Virus record (IMG/VR): IMGVR_UViG_3300011217_000001
Coordinates: 96,001-160,000 of that record
Direction: 5' to 3' (one strand)
From: a virus
Lineage: Duplodnaviria; Caudoviricetes
DNA: 64,000 bases
Part shown: positions 1 to 8,298 of the stretch, piece after piece
Numbering within the stretch: position 1 is the first letter of the stretch
How the letters are laid out: every line of letters starts with the position of its first letter
Notes under the pieces: model-generated
Seen by the model: the letters and a program-made list of their open reading frames with translations, nothing else
Databases searched by the model: none
Told to the model about the DNA's origin: nothing
Program-made: the position numbers and the translations under genes

Positions 1-1722
1 GCTAACCAGGACACGCGTCTGCTGTACGTCCCGGCTGAAATGGTGACCTACTTCGCCATCGACTACAACAAGTTCGGCATCGGTCGTTCGCTGCTGGAAG
101 ACACCAAGATCCTCGCAGGCATGCGCGCGATCTTGATGTTCGCCAACACGATGGGTTCGCTGCGTAACTCGGTGGGTCGTACGAAGCTGAACATCAAGCT
201 CGATGAACGTGACGATGATCCGGTGGACACCGTCGAGTTCATCATCGGCGAGTTCTCCAAGAACCGTCAGCAGGCTTACCCGCTGGGCGCTTCCAATCCG
301 TTGGACATCATCTCCTTCCTGCAGAACGCGGGTGTGGAAGTGGTGGTCAGTGGTAACGATGGCTACCCGAACACGGAAGTCAACGCAGAGGACTTCGCAG
401 CACAGGTCAACAAGCCGGATCTGGATCTGGACAACCTGCTGCGCAAGAACCACTCGCTGTCACTGGGTATCCCGGTGGAGATGGTGGACAACGCCCAGGG
501 TCCGGAGTTTGCGACCACGGCAGTGACCAACAACCTGCTGCTGACCAAGCGCGTGATGAAGACGCAGGAACAGTTCTGCCCGCATGTCACCGACTTCGTG
601 CAGAAGTACACCTACAACTCCGGCACGCTGCTGGATCGTCTGCGCAAGATCATCATCGACAACAAGGCCAAGCTGGGTGACGAGGTTCGTCAGTACATCG
701 CGTCCCACGGTCAGGAGCTGAACGTCGACAACGTGGTCAAGCTGTTCATTGATGCCATCATCTGTGAACTGCCGTCTCCGGACACGACCAAGGTCAAGGT
801 TCAGGTCGAGGCTTACAAGGAGTATCGCGAGGCGCTGGACGAAGTGCTGCCGGCCTACATCAGCAAGGAAATGTTCGATGCGGGCAATGACCAGAACACC
901 GACGTTGCCTCGGCCATCGAAGGACTGGTGGCGCTGACCAAGGCTCACTACCTGCGCCAGTACCTGCGTACCAACAACATCATGCCGGAACTGTTCGACC
1001 TGATGGAGCTGGACGAGAAGGGTGTTGGCAAGGTGGACATCTACGAGTCCTCGGCCGAGCACATGAAGGTGATGTACAAGGTCTTCGGCAAGTACATCGA
1101 CAAGATCCAGAAGCTTGTCGAGAAGCGTGAACCTGAAGACGAAACTCCGCCGGATGACACCCCGCCGGGTGGCGAGGAACCGGGCGCTGGCACCGACGAA
1201 TTCGGTATGGATACCGGAACCGAGGATAACCCTGACGAAACTCAGGATACCGGTGAGGAGGAGGAACAGCAGGAGGACGAAGGGCAGGAAGAAGAGGAGC
1301 AGGAGGAGGACACTGGTGAGGAGGAAGAGGCAGCGGATGATACCACCGATGCTGCTGACACCGGCGAAGCAGAGGAGGAAGCCTCCACTGAATCGATCGA
1401 CAACCTCTACCAGGAAGCCGACGATCGCACCTACTTCTACGATGCTGTGAGTCGTCCGATCAACCCGCTGCTGCGCGCTGCCCACAACATCGAGCCTGAA
1501 CTGATCGAAGTGAGGGACATGCGCTTCAACCTGCAGCAGGCTGGTTCGCTCTCCCCGCGTCTGGTCACTCGTGCCGACTACAGCTACCCGCTGATCGGCG
1601 TGCGTGAGGAAGATGGCCGTGTGGTCATCCTCGATGGCATGAAGCGTCTTGCTCATGCCAACACCGATGGCGCCTTCCGTCTGCCCGTCAAGCTCGTCTC
1701 GATGGAACAGGCCAAGCGTTAA
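1..1722 (+). CDS. Portal protein (phiKZ gp129-like), 5'-truncated by window edge, with acidic linker and C-terminal ParB/Srx-like domain
   Basis: Frame open from base 1 (ANQDTRLLYVPAEM...). YFAIDY..GIGRSLL segment and position next to the nvRNAP/capsid/helicase block match the phiKZ layout. C-terminal 'YPLIGV..DGRVVILDGMKRL' resembles ParB N-domain. Confidence 0.7.
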   Translation, partial: ANQDTRLLYVPAEMVTYFAIDYNKFGIGRSLLEDTKILAGMRAILMFANTMGSLRNSVGRTKLNIKLDERDDDPVDTVEFIIGEFSKNRQQAYPLGASNPLDIISFLQNAGVEVVVSGNDGYPNTEVNAEDFAAQVNKPDLDLDNLLRKNHSLSLGIPVEMVDNAQGPEFATTAVTNNLLLTKRVMKTQEQFCPHVTDFVQKYTYNSGTLLDRLRKIIIDNKAKLGDEVRQYIASHGQELNVDNVVKLFIDAIICELPSPDTTKVKVQVEAYKEYREALDEVLPAYISKEMFDAGNDQNTDVASAIEGLVALTKAHYLRQYLRTNNIMPELFDLMELDEKGVGKVDIYESSAEHMKVMYKVFGKYIDKIQKLVEKREPEDETPPDDTPPGGEEPGAGTDEFGMDTGTEDNPDETQDTGEEEEQQEDEGQEEEEQEEDTGEEEEAADDTTDAADTGEAEEEASTESIDNLYQEADDRTYFYDAVSRPINPLLRAAHNIEPELIEVRDMRFNLQQAGSLSPRLVTRADYSYPLIGVREEDGRVVILDGMKRLAHANTDGAFRLPVKLVSMEQAKR

Positions 1723-1730
1723 TAGGAACT

Positions 1731-1761
1731 GGGAGGCCCTTCGGGGCCTCCCTCTATGTCC
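1731..1761 (+). terminator. Hairpin plus TATGTC after portal gene
   Basis: GGGAGGCCC-TTCG-GGGCCTCCC then TCTATGTCC. Confidence 0.7.
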
Positions 1762-1853
1762 TGAAGACAAAAAAAAAGAAGACGGTAAAAAAGAGCCCAC
1801 CCCCCGGATAGGAGTGGGCTAAAGCGCCTATGTCACCAGGCGATATGAAGTTG

Positions 1854-2852
1854 TTAGGCGATCACGGTCTTGTCGTCGGTCAGATCAGCCAACGTCAGTT
1901 GCACGAACAGATGGTGCGCAACGTTGTTGGCGATACGACCATCATGTCCGCCGATCTCGCGCAGCTTGTTGGCAGCTGCAGTGAACTCGTTGGCCATCAG
2001 CTCATCGTACATGGCCTGGGTATGGAACGGAGTGAGGTCACTGTTGGAACCACTGACCAGATCGTTCAGGCTCAGCACGTACTTGCCGATGAGGTCATTG
2101 AGCAACTTGGTACGGCCTGCCAGCTTGTCGGACTTTGCCAACTTGGCAGGTTCTGCCACAGCACGAGCGATCAGGTCGTTGTAGTCGTCGACGTCGAGGA
2201 TGCTGTCCGGGTTGTCGGTATCCTCCTCGAAGAAGGAGTAGACCCAGTCACCCTCGGTACGGGAGTAGGTGATGGTGAAGCGGATGCCGTCGTTACGCAG
2301 CGCTTCGTTGAGCTTGACACGCAGCGGCAGGTTGATCTGGTCCAGCACGATGTCATGCATGCCACTCGGGACAGTGTAGACGGTCATGAAGAACGTAGTC
2401 TCACGTTCGCCCAGCTCGTCCTTCTTCTTGATCGTAATCGGAGTAATCAGGCCACTCTGGATGCGATCGACAACGCTGATCACGTTGTCATACAGCGGCT
2501 GCCAGTGGACTTCCAGCATGCCAAGGATGATCTTGGCCTGTTCGATGGACTGCACATCCGGATCGAGGTGAGCACGCATGTACAGGCCGGACAGGACCAG
2601 CTCCTGACGGATGGCGAAGGTTTCGTCTTCGGTGGGTTCGGTCTGGAACTCCACGGCAACGAATTCGCCAGGCAGACGCTCCTGCGCCTCCTCGGGACTG
2701 ACGACCAGACGGGTCTCCAGCTTGCGGTATTCCATCCGGTCGTTGAAATGGGCCAGACGGGCACCAATGGTGGCCATCAGGGGAGTACGATCGTAGACGG
2801 TGTTGGTATCGTCTTCGAGGGAGAACATCGGGGTATTCACGGACAACTCCAT
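1854..2852 (-). CDS. Hypothetical, possible virion head protein
   Basis: 332-aa ORF with phage-like codon use, SD (GGAG) near start, N-terminal S-L-E head-protease-type site. Confidence 0.65.
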   Translation of the reverse strand: MELSVNTPMFSLEDDTNTVYDRTPLMATIGARLAHFNDRMEYRKLETRLVVSPEEAQERLPGEFVAVEFQTEPTEDETFAIRQELVLSGLYMRAHLDPDVQSIEQAKIILGMLEVHWQPLYDNVISVVDRIQSGLITPITIKKKDELGERETTFFMTVYTVPSGMHDIVLDQINLPLRVKLNEALRNDGIRFTITYSRTEGDWVYSFFEEDTDNPDSILDVDDYNDLIARAVAEPAKLAKSDKLAGRTKLLNDLIGKYVLSLNDLVSGSNSDLTPFHTQAMYDELMANEFTAAANKLREIGGHDGRIANNVAHHLFVQLTLADLTDDKTVIA

Positions 2853-2861
2853 TTAGTAGAA

Positions 2862-2906
2862 GGCATAAAAGCAAACCCCCGCCACCGTCGCAGAACGGGG
2901 CGGGGG
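2862..2906 (-). terminator. Terminator hairpin
   Basis: CCCCCGCC...GGCGGGGG followed on minus strand by TTTGCTTTTATGCC. Confidence 0.65.
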
Positions 2907-2909
2907 ATA

Positions 2910-3075
2910 TGCAGGTTGTAACGTGGGAGGATTAGTCGCAGCGCCCCGGTGGAAGGTGGGGCGGTGCAAACGTCCTACTGGTCAACCGTCGTTAACCAGT
3001 GTAGCTGTGGCTACTGTCACGTCAGGAGCTTTGGCACTAGGAAGGAACCTTAGCTCCACATTATTGCATACTGCA
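2910..3075 (-). ncRNA. Candidate structured RNA (multi-helix junction)
   Basis: Closing stems plus four internal hairpins; G-U pairs favour the minus strand; no credible ORF. Confidence 0.45.
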
Positions 3076-3088
3076 GTTTCTTTTTACA

Positions 3089-5293
3089 TCAGCCCATGAT
3101 GTCGACAGGCGACGGCGACAGCACGTAGTGGCTGTTGTTGAAGAAGCCGACCTGCAGATCGTACACCACGTTGTCCTCGGTCACGAGGTAGCGGTGGCAG
3201 AACTCACCACCCACGATCGCCGTGCGCTGAAGCAGACGATCCAGCGAGCTGTGCAGGGCCGGGTACAGCTTCTCCGACACCACACCGCCATTGACCAGGG
3301 ACGGACCCATGTCCGCACTGGACCAGCTCAACAGCGTCACCGACTGGCGACGAGCGAAGACCAGCCAATGCATGCCGGCGCCGGGCTTGCCGTACTCTTC
3401 GGTGTAACGAGCCAGCTCGTCATCCTTGAGCACGCGCATCACGGCGTTGATCACTTCATCGACCTTGGAGTTCAGCAGGTTGGCAGCCGCCACACCGACA
3501 GCCGGCTTGGCCTGCATCGTCTTCAGCAGATCACCGAAGTCGTCAGCTGCGGTATCGATGGTCCAGCTCAGACCCATCGAGTTCTTCAGGACGTAGTTGA
3601 TGCGGGCGGTCAGAGCATCGTTGAGCTGATGCCACAGACGGACCGGCACATCTTCCTGACCCTGCAGCTGGCTGAACTTGGCCAGTGCGGCCTGCACGGT
3701 CTTTTCCTTGCCGATGGCCAGGAACGTACCGATCAGGTTGGCCTCGGTCAAGTGCGGGGTGAGGATGTCGATGTAGAACTCCTTGGGAGTGTCTTCACCG
3801 TCGTTCTCACCGTCCACCGACACCACTTCGGTCATTGCGATGGCCTGAGCCACCGACATGGCCGGAACCGTGGTTGCAACGTCGCCGATATCCATGTCGG
3901 CGCCGAACACCAGCTGGTTGAAGGCGTCTTCATCACCCTCTTCCGCACCTTCCGGCTTGACCGGCTCGGTGCCGACCATCTTTTCGCCCTTCTTGTGCAT
4001 GTTGGCCACCAGATCGTAGCGGGGATCCACACGACCCTGGCGACGCTGATGCTGCGCCTTGGTCTTGAGGTTGTCGTTGGTTTCCAGGTCCAGGTAGTCC
4101 ATGTCTTCGTTGCGCTCTTTCACGATTTCCTCGACACGACCATCCGGATAGATCCGGTGGAACTTGACGAAGAGGTTGGGGTCGTAGACCTGGGCGAACG
4201 GCTGCTCAGGGCTGAAGGTCTTCTTGTAGGTGCTCAGCACTTCCGGAATGACGAAGGAACCGTCTTCCAGATCGACGCGGTCATAGGGACGACCATTGCG
4301 GATGTTCTCGCGCAGGGTTGCATCCTTGTCCGATTCTGCTGCGCTCACGGTACGACCGGCACTACGATCGAACAGCTTCGGCATCGCCGGACCCTTCTTG
4401 GCGTCAGCCTTGCGCTGTGCTTCGTGGTTCTGGTAGTTGCTACCACGCGGCGAGGCATGCAGCTCTTCTTCCACCGCATGCAGGTCGTTGCCAGAGACCT
4501 CTTCCACTGCACTGGAGGAGAACTCACGGCTGCGATCTTCGCGCGGAGTGTCGCGACGGCTACGGCGATCTTCACGATCTGCACGATCGTTCTTGCTGTT
4601 GCTGGCACGAACCGCGCCAGCCATGCCGCCCCGACGGGTTGCCGTTGCTTCTTCTTCTTCATCGCGACGACGCCCACCGCTGTCACGATAGCCACGGGTG
4701 CCGTTGCCATGGTAACCGCCATCTTCACGACCACGGCCACGACCGCCACCACGACGATCATCACGGTCATCGCGGTCACGGCCGCGACCACCACGGCGAC
4801 TGCCACGGTTGAAGTCTTCGATGTCAGCGATCAGATCACGGCCATCTTCCATGGCATCATCGAGTTCACGACCCATGCGACCATCGACGTACTCATCCAG
4901 CTCGCGGTACTTCTCCACGTACAACGCCATGGTGAAGCGCACCACGATCTTGGTAGCCTTGCGCAGGGCCTCGTCGGCCTCCATGCGCTCGCCTTCGTAG
5001 AAGAAGAAGAAGGCTTCGGCAACCGACCCGACCAGACGGTCGTAGTCTTCGTTGTCGAATTCCTGGTCGGCCATCATGTTGTACAGGAAGTTGCGCAGCT
5101 CGTGACGGCCGTACTCTTCCTGCAGCTCACGCAGCACCGTGCCGGCGATCAGCGGCAGGTCGCGCTCGATGGCGCCGGGGACTTGGATATTGGGGATGTA
5201 GCGGTCCGGGATGCGCTCGGGCAGTCCACGGACGAAATAGCCTTTGTCGACAAACTCCGGGTCGACGGGAAGGCGGGAACGAGAACGTGACAT
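3089..5293 (-). CDS. Conserved phiKZ-like hypothetical protein downstream of nvRNAP beta subunit, with R/G/D-rich disordered segment
   Basis: 734-aa ORF in the core block; low-complexity RRGGRGRDRDD tract. Confidence 0.75.
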   Translation of the reverse strand: MSRSRSRLPVDPEFVDKGYFVRGLPERIPDRYIPNIQVPGAIERDLPLIAGTVLRELQEEYGRHELRNFLYNMMADQEFDNEDYDRLVGSVAEAFFFFYEGERMEADEALRKATKIVVRFTMALYVEKYRELDEYVDGRMGRELDDAMEDGRDLIADIEDFNRGSRRGGRGRDRDDRDDRRGGGRGRGREDGGYHGNGTRGYRDSGGRRRDEEEEATATRRGGMAGAVRASNSKNDRADREDRRSRRDTPREDRSREFSSSAVEEVSGNDLHAVEEELHASPRGSNYQNHEAQRKADAKKGPAMPKLFDRSAGRTVSAAESDKDATLRENIRNGRPYDRVDLEDGSFVIPEVLSTYKKTFSPEQPFAQVYDPNLFVKFHRIYPDGRVEEIVKERNEDMDYLDLETNDNLKTKAQHQRRQGRVDPRYDLVANMHKKGEKMVGTEPVKPEGAEEGDEDAFNQLVFGADMDIGDVATTVPAMSVAQAIAMTEVVSVDGENDGEDTPKEFYIDILTPHLTEANLIGTFLAIGKEKTVQAALAKFSQLQGQEDVPVRLWHQLNDALTARINYVLKNSMGLSWTIDTAADDFGDLLKTMQAKPAVGVAAANLLNSKVDEVINAVMRVLKDDELARYTEEYGKPGAGMHWLVFARRQSVTLLSWSSADMGPSLVNGGVVSEKLYPALHSSLDRLLQRTAIVGGEFCHRYLVTEDNVVYDLQVGFFNNSHYVLSPSPVDIMG

Positions 5294-5319
5294 TTTTGGC
5301 TTACTCCGCAGTTCTTGGC

Positions 5320-6942
5320 TTAACGCCGTTGGATTCTTTGTTGCACGTCATCCAGGATCGGACGAAGCGCGGGCGATCTTTCCACCAGTCCATCGTGGGA
5401 CAGGCGCACGTACACATTGGCGCGGTCCCGACCAGTGGGATCACTCTTAGACATATTTCGGAAACTACCCACCTCGGCCATGGAGGAGTGCAGCTGTCTT
5501 GCCGGGTCGCTCATGCTTCCCTTATTGCCACCACGACCACCCGTTGTACTGGTCTGGGCCACCAGACGCGAGGTAATCTTGAAGACCTTGTTGTCACCAG
5601 GGCACGTTACCGAAGTAACTTCGTTGTGCGTGGGCTGATTGAGCTGGAAGATCAGGTCAGTCCGCAGATTACGCCGAAGCTCGGCGTTGATCTCCTTGGG
5701 ATTCAAGATCGGCTTCTTCGAGTTGCGCAGGTTGAAGCTGAAGTTGTAGATCGCCTTGTTGATGTCAAAGACGATGTACCTCAGGATCACGAACTGCTTG
5801 CCGTACATGCTGGCAATGTCCTTTGCATTACCGGTCAGTCGGCCATGGAAGGTGTCGATCATGTGGAAGAACAGGTCATAGACCGTCTCCACGATCACTC
5901 CATCTTCCAGGAGCTTCTTGCGCGAGTTGCGATCCATGTAGGTGTCGAGCGATGCAAGGTGATCGTCCAACCGCTCCAGGATCTTACCCTCACTCTGGCC
6001 TTCGCCGAACAGGAAGATGCCGAGTGCGAGCTGCCATCGGGTGATGTCAAGTGCGAACTCCAGCGGGAACCGTTCGGGGAAGTGGTCGATGGCATAGAAG
6101 AAACTGCCGACCAGAATGTGCACAGCGTCCGAATAGTTCTCCCGAGGGATTGCCATGCGGATGTCCGAGACCGGATGACCGATCTTCAGACGAACCCCCT
6201 GAGGCTTGATCTGTGCCGAGGAGAAGATCACCCAGTCTTTCTTCGGGTAAGCCTCCTCAGTGATCGTTGCCGAGTCGCCCACGACGATGTTGGTGCCTCC
6301 GTACTGCTTGAAGGTCTCCTCAACGCCATAGCGACAGAACAGGTAGTGTGCCATCGTCGAGTTACCACGGATCGGCTGGCGGGCCAGTTCAGCTTTGCCC
6401 TCCGCCGTGTGGTTGTACAACGAGGCATGGATCAAGTGCGCGTCAACCTGAATGCTGTCACGCATGAAGGTGTAATACATTCGCTCGAAGGTGAGCTTGG
6501 CGCCTTGCAATGGAATGAAGATCGATGTGGCATTGATGCTGAATACCCTGTCCGCCAAAACAGGTGCTACTGCAAACAGCGAGCCACGCAGATACATCAG
6601 ACCGCCGTCCATGACGTTGGGCAGGAAGATGTACCTGGGGTCAAGAGGCTGACCCATGTAACTGAACATGTACTTGTTCAGGTGTGCGCTGGTCTTAGCA
6701 GTTTCCCAAGTCCTTTGGCTGTTGACGCGCTTGGTGATCTCCCTGAACGTCTCCCTCGGGGTACAGCGAACGAATCCGTCGTACTTCAGCCCTTCCGGGA
6801 AACCGGCGGCTGCCGTGCGGAAGATGTCATCCACCATCTTGTCCACATAGGGCACATGCTTGGTTGCCAGGCCGTTGGCAATGTCAGGGTTAAGTCGTGG
6901 AGTGACTTCCCTGAGCAGCCTGGAGTAATGTTTGTCCGTCAT
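5320..6942 (-). CDS. Non-virion RNA polymerase beta-like subunit, N-terminal part (phiKZ gp123-like)
   Basis: 540 aa; YIFLP..GGLMYLRGS and LHSSMAEVGS...PTGRDRANVY resemble RpoB N-terminal regions; synteny with capsid and helicase. Confidence 0.8.
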   Translation of the reverse strand: MTDKHYSRLLREVTPRLNPDIANGLATKHVPYVDKMVDDIFRTAAAGFPEGLKYDGFVRCTPRETFREITKRVNSQRTWETAKTSAHLNKYMFSYMGQPLDPRYIFLPNVMDGGLMYLRGSLFAVAPVLADRVFSINATSIFIPLQGAKLTFERMYYTFMRDSIQVDAHLIHASLYNHTAEGKAELARQPIRGNSTMAHYLFCRYGVEETFKQYGGTNIVVGDSATITEEAYPKKDWVIFSSAQIKPQGVRLKIGHPVSDIRMAIPRENYSDAVHILVGSFFYAIDHFPERFPLEFALDITRWQLALGIFLFGEGQSEGKILERLDDHLASLDTYMDRNSRKKLLEDGVIVETVYDLFFHMIDTFHGRLTGNAKDIASMYGKQFVILRYIVFDINKAIYNFSFNLRNSKKPILNPKEINAELRRNLRTDLIFQLNQPTHNEVTSVTCPGDNKVFKITSRLVAQTSTTGGRGGNKGSMSDPARQLHSSMAEVGSFRNMSKSDPTGRDRANVYVRLSHDGLVERSPALRPILDDVQQRIQRR

Positions 6943-6970
6943 CTCTTCCTCGGGCTAAGGATGGTTGTTG

Positions 6971-8092
6971 CTAATTCTTGTTGCTGAACATCGAGAACGC
7001 TTTTACGCCTGTGACGATTACACCAATCGCTGTCAGTATGGCTGGCACCGATTTCCAGAACTCAGTATGCTCTTTCCGGGATAGTGAGACCTCTTCAGAT
7101 CGTTCCTTCCTCAGCAGCATTTCCATGCTCCGGTGGTGGTTAATGAGATCAGATTCGCGTTTGATCTCGGTCAAGGTTTGGACGTTCTCCATGTCCTTTG
7201 TCTTGAACTGTTGTGTCGCCTCTTCCCGCTTACGCTCTTGTTCCGCCTTCCAGTCGCCGAGAGATTCGGCGTCACGATAGCTTCCATAGAGTCGATACTT
7301 CTTCCGTGCATCTTCGAGAGTGCACCACTCCAAGACCGGAGAGGATGGGAAGTTAGCACCCGCCGTAGCTGGCGGTCGCGTAAGGACATAAACGCCGTCA
7401 TCTACCCCCGGTACGCTCACAGGGTGGACGTCATGAATGACACCATTGAGATTCAGATACTGCGTGCCGTGCCTGCCGTTATTGTCGACTAGCTTGATGT
7501 TGAATCCGAAGTAGCCTTCTCGGGCTTCTTCTTTGTCTTTGGCATACAGTCGTTCGATATTACTTTCCACAGACCGCGGATGAACAATCACACTGTCCAA
7601 ATCTGCTTCCGAGAAGACCATGTCGACTTCACGGATATAGAACGCACCACCATTGTCCCTAAGGTCTTCCCGAGTGAAGGTGATGTGCAGACTGCGAGTA
7701 CGCCGGAACTTCTCCTGCATCTCTCGCGAATTGTCCAGTGCTTCGATCAGTGCTCTACGCACCCTAGTCTGATTTTCGGCTACTCCAGAAGATACTGAAG
7801 AGATGTCGACATTTACAGAATGATGCCATCTGTAGACGATAACGATCTCAAATACCCCGTCTACCCTCTTACGCGAATAAGAAGGTACACTCGCTTTAAC
7901 CCCCAATACATCAGTCGAATCAACGGTGATCCCGAGACCGTTGTGGAAACTGATGTCCTTACTGTACCAGGAAGGGTTTTCCGCAGCCATTCGCTTGTTT
8001 GATTCCACGCGCAGGTTCTCGCTCTCCCGAGTGACCACTGCACGGAATACTCTACCCATGGCATTCCCTAAAAAGTTGTATGGAACTTCCAA
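6971..8092 (-). CDS. Conserved phiKZ-like protein with C-terminal coiled coil and membrane anchor
   Basis: 373 aa between capsid and nvRNAP genes; hydrophobic C-terminus VPAILTAIGVIVTGV; start codon uncertain. Confidence 0.7.
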   Translation of the reverse strand: MEVPYNFLGNAMGRVFRAVVTRESENLRVESNKRMAAENPSWYSKDISFHNGLGITVDSTDVLGVKASVPSYSRKRVDGVFEIVIVYRWHHSVNVDISSVSSGVAENQTRVRRALIEALDNSREMQEKFRRTRSLHITFTREDLRDNGGAFYIREVDMVFSEADLDSVIVHPRSVESNIERLYAKDKEEAREGYFGFNIKLVDNNGRHGTQYLNLNGVIHDVHPVSVPGVDDGVYVLTRPPATAGANFPSSPVLEWCTLEDARKKYRLYGSYRDAESLGDWKAEQERKREEATQQFKTKDMENVQTLTEIKRESDLINHHRSMEMLLRKERSEEVSLSRKEHTEFWKSVPAILTAIGVIVTGVKAFSMFSNKN

Positions 8093-8126
8093 ATCGATTT
8101 GGTCGTAACTATCCTGTTACAACTCA

Positions 8127-8150
8127 ATGATGTATGGTTCAAGATTTTTT
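8127..8150 (-). promoter_or_regulatory. Early/middle-type phage promoter
   Basis: Minus strand AAAATCTTGA-ACCA-TACATCAT, variant of the recurring motif. Confidence 0.5.
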
Positions 8151-8157
8151 GCTTGAC

Positions 8158-8201
8158 GGCATAGAGGAAAAACCAGAGGGGAGGCCGAAGCCTCCCCTCT
8201 G
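8158..8201 (-). terminator. Capsid operon terminator
   Basis: CAGAGGGGAGGC-TTCG-GCCTCCCCTCTG then GTTTTTCCTCTATGCC. Confidence 0.8.
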
Positions 8202-8298
8202 ATCCACCGTACTGCCAGAAAGCAGGTAGAACTAGGTGTAACAGCTTTGAGTTGCCGGGTGGCGGATTTGCCTGACCCACCCGGCGTCCCCAAAACTA

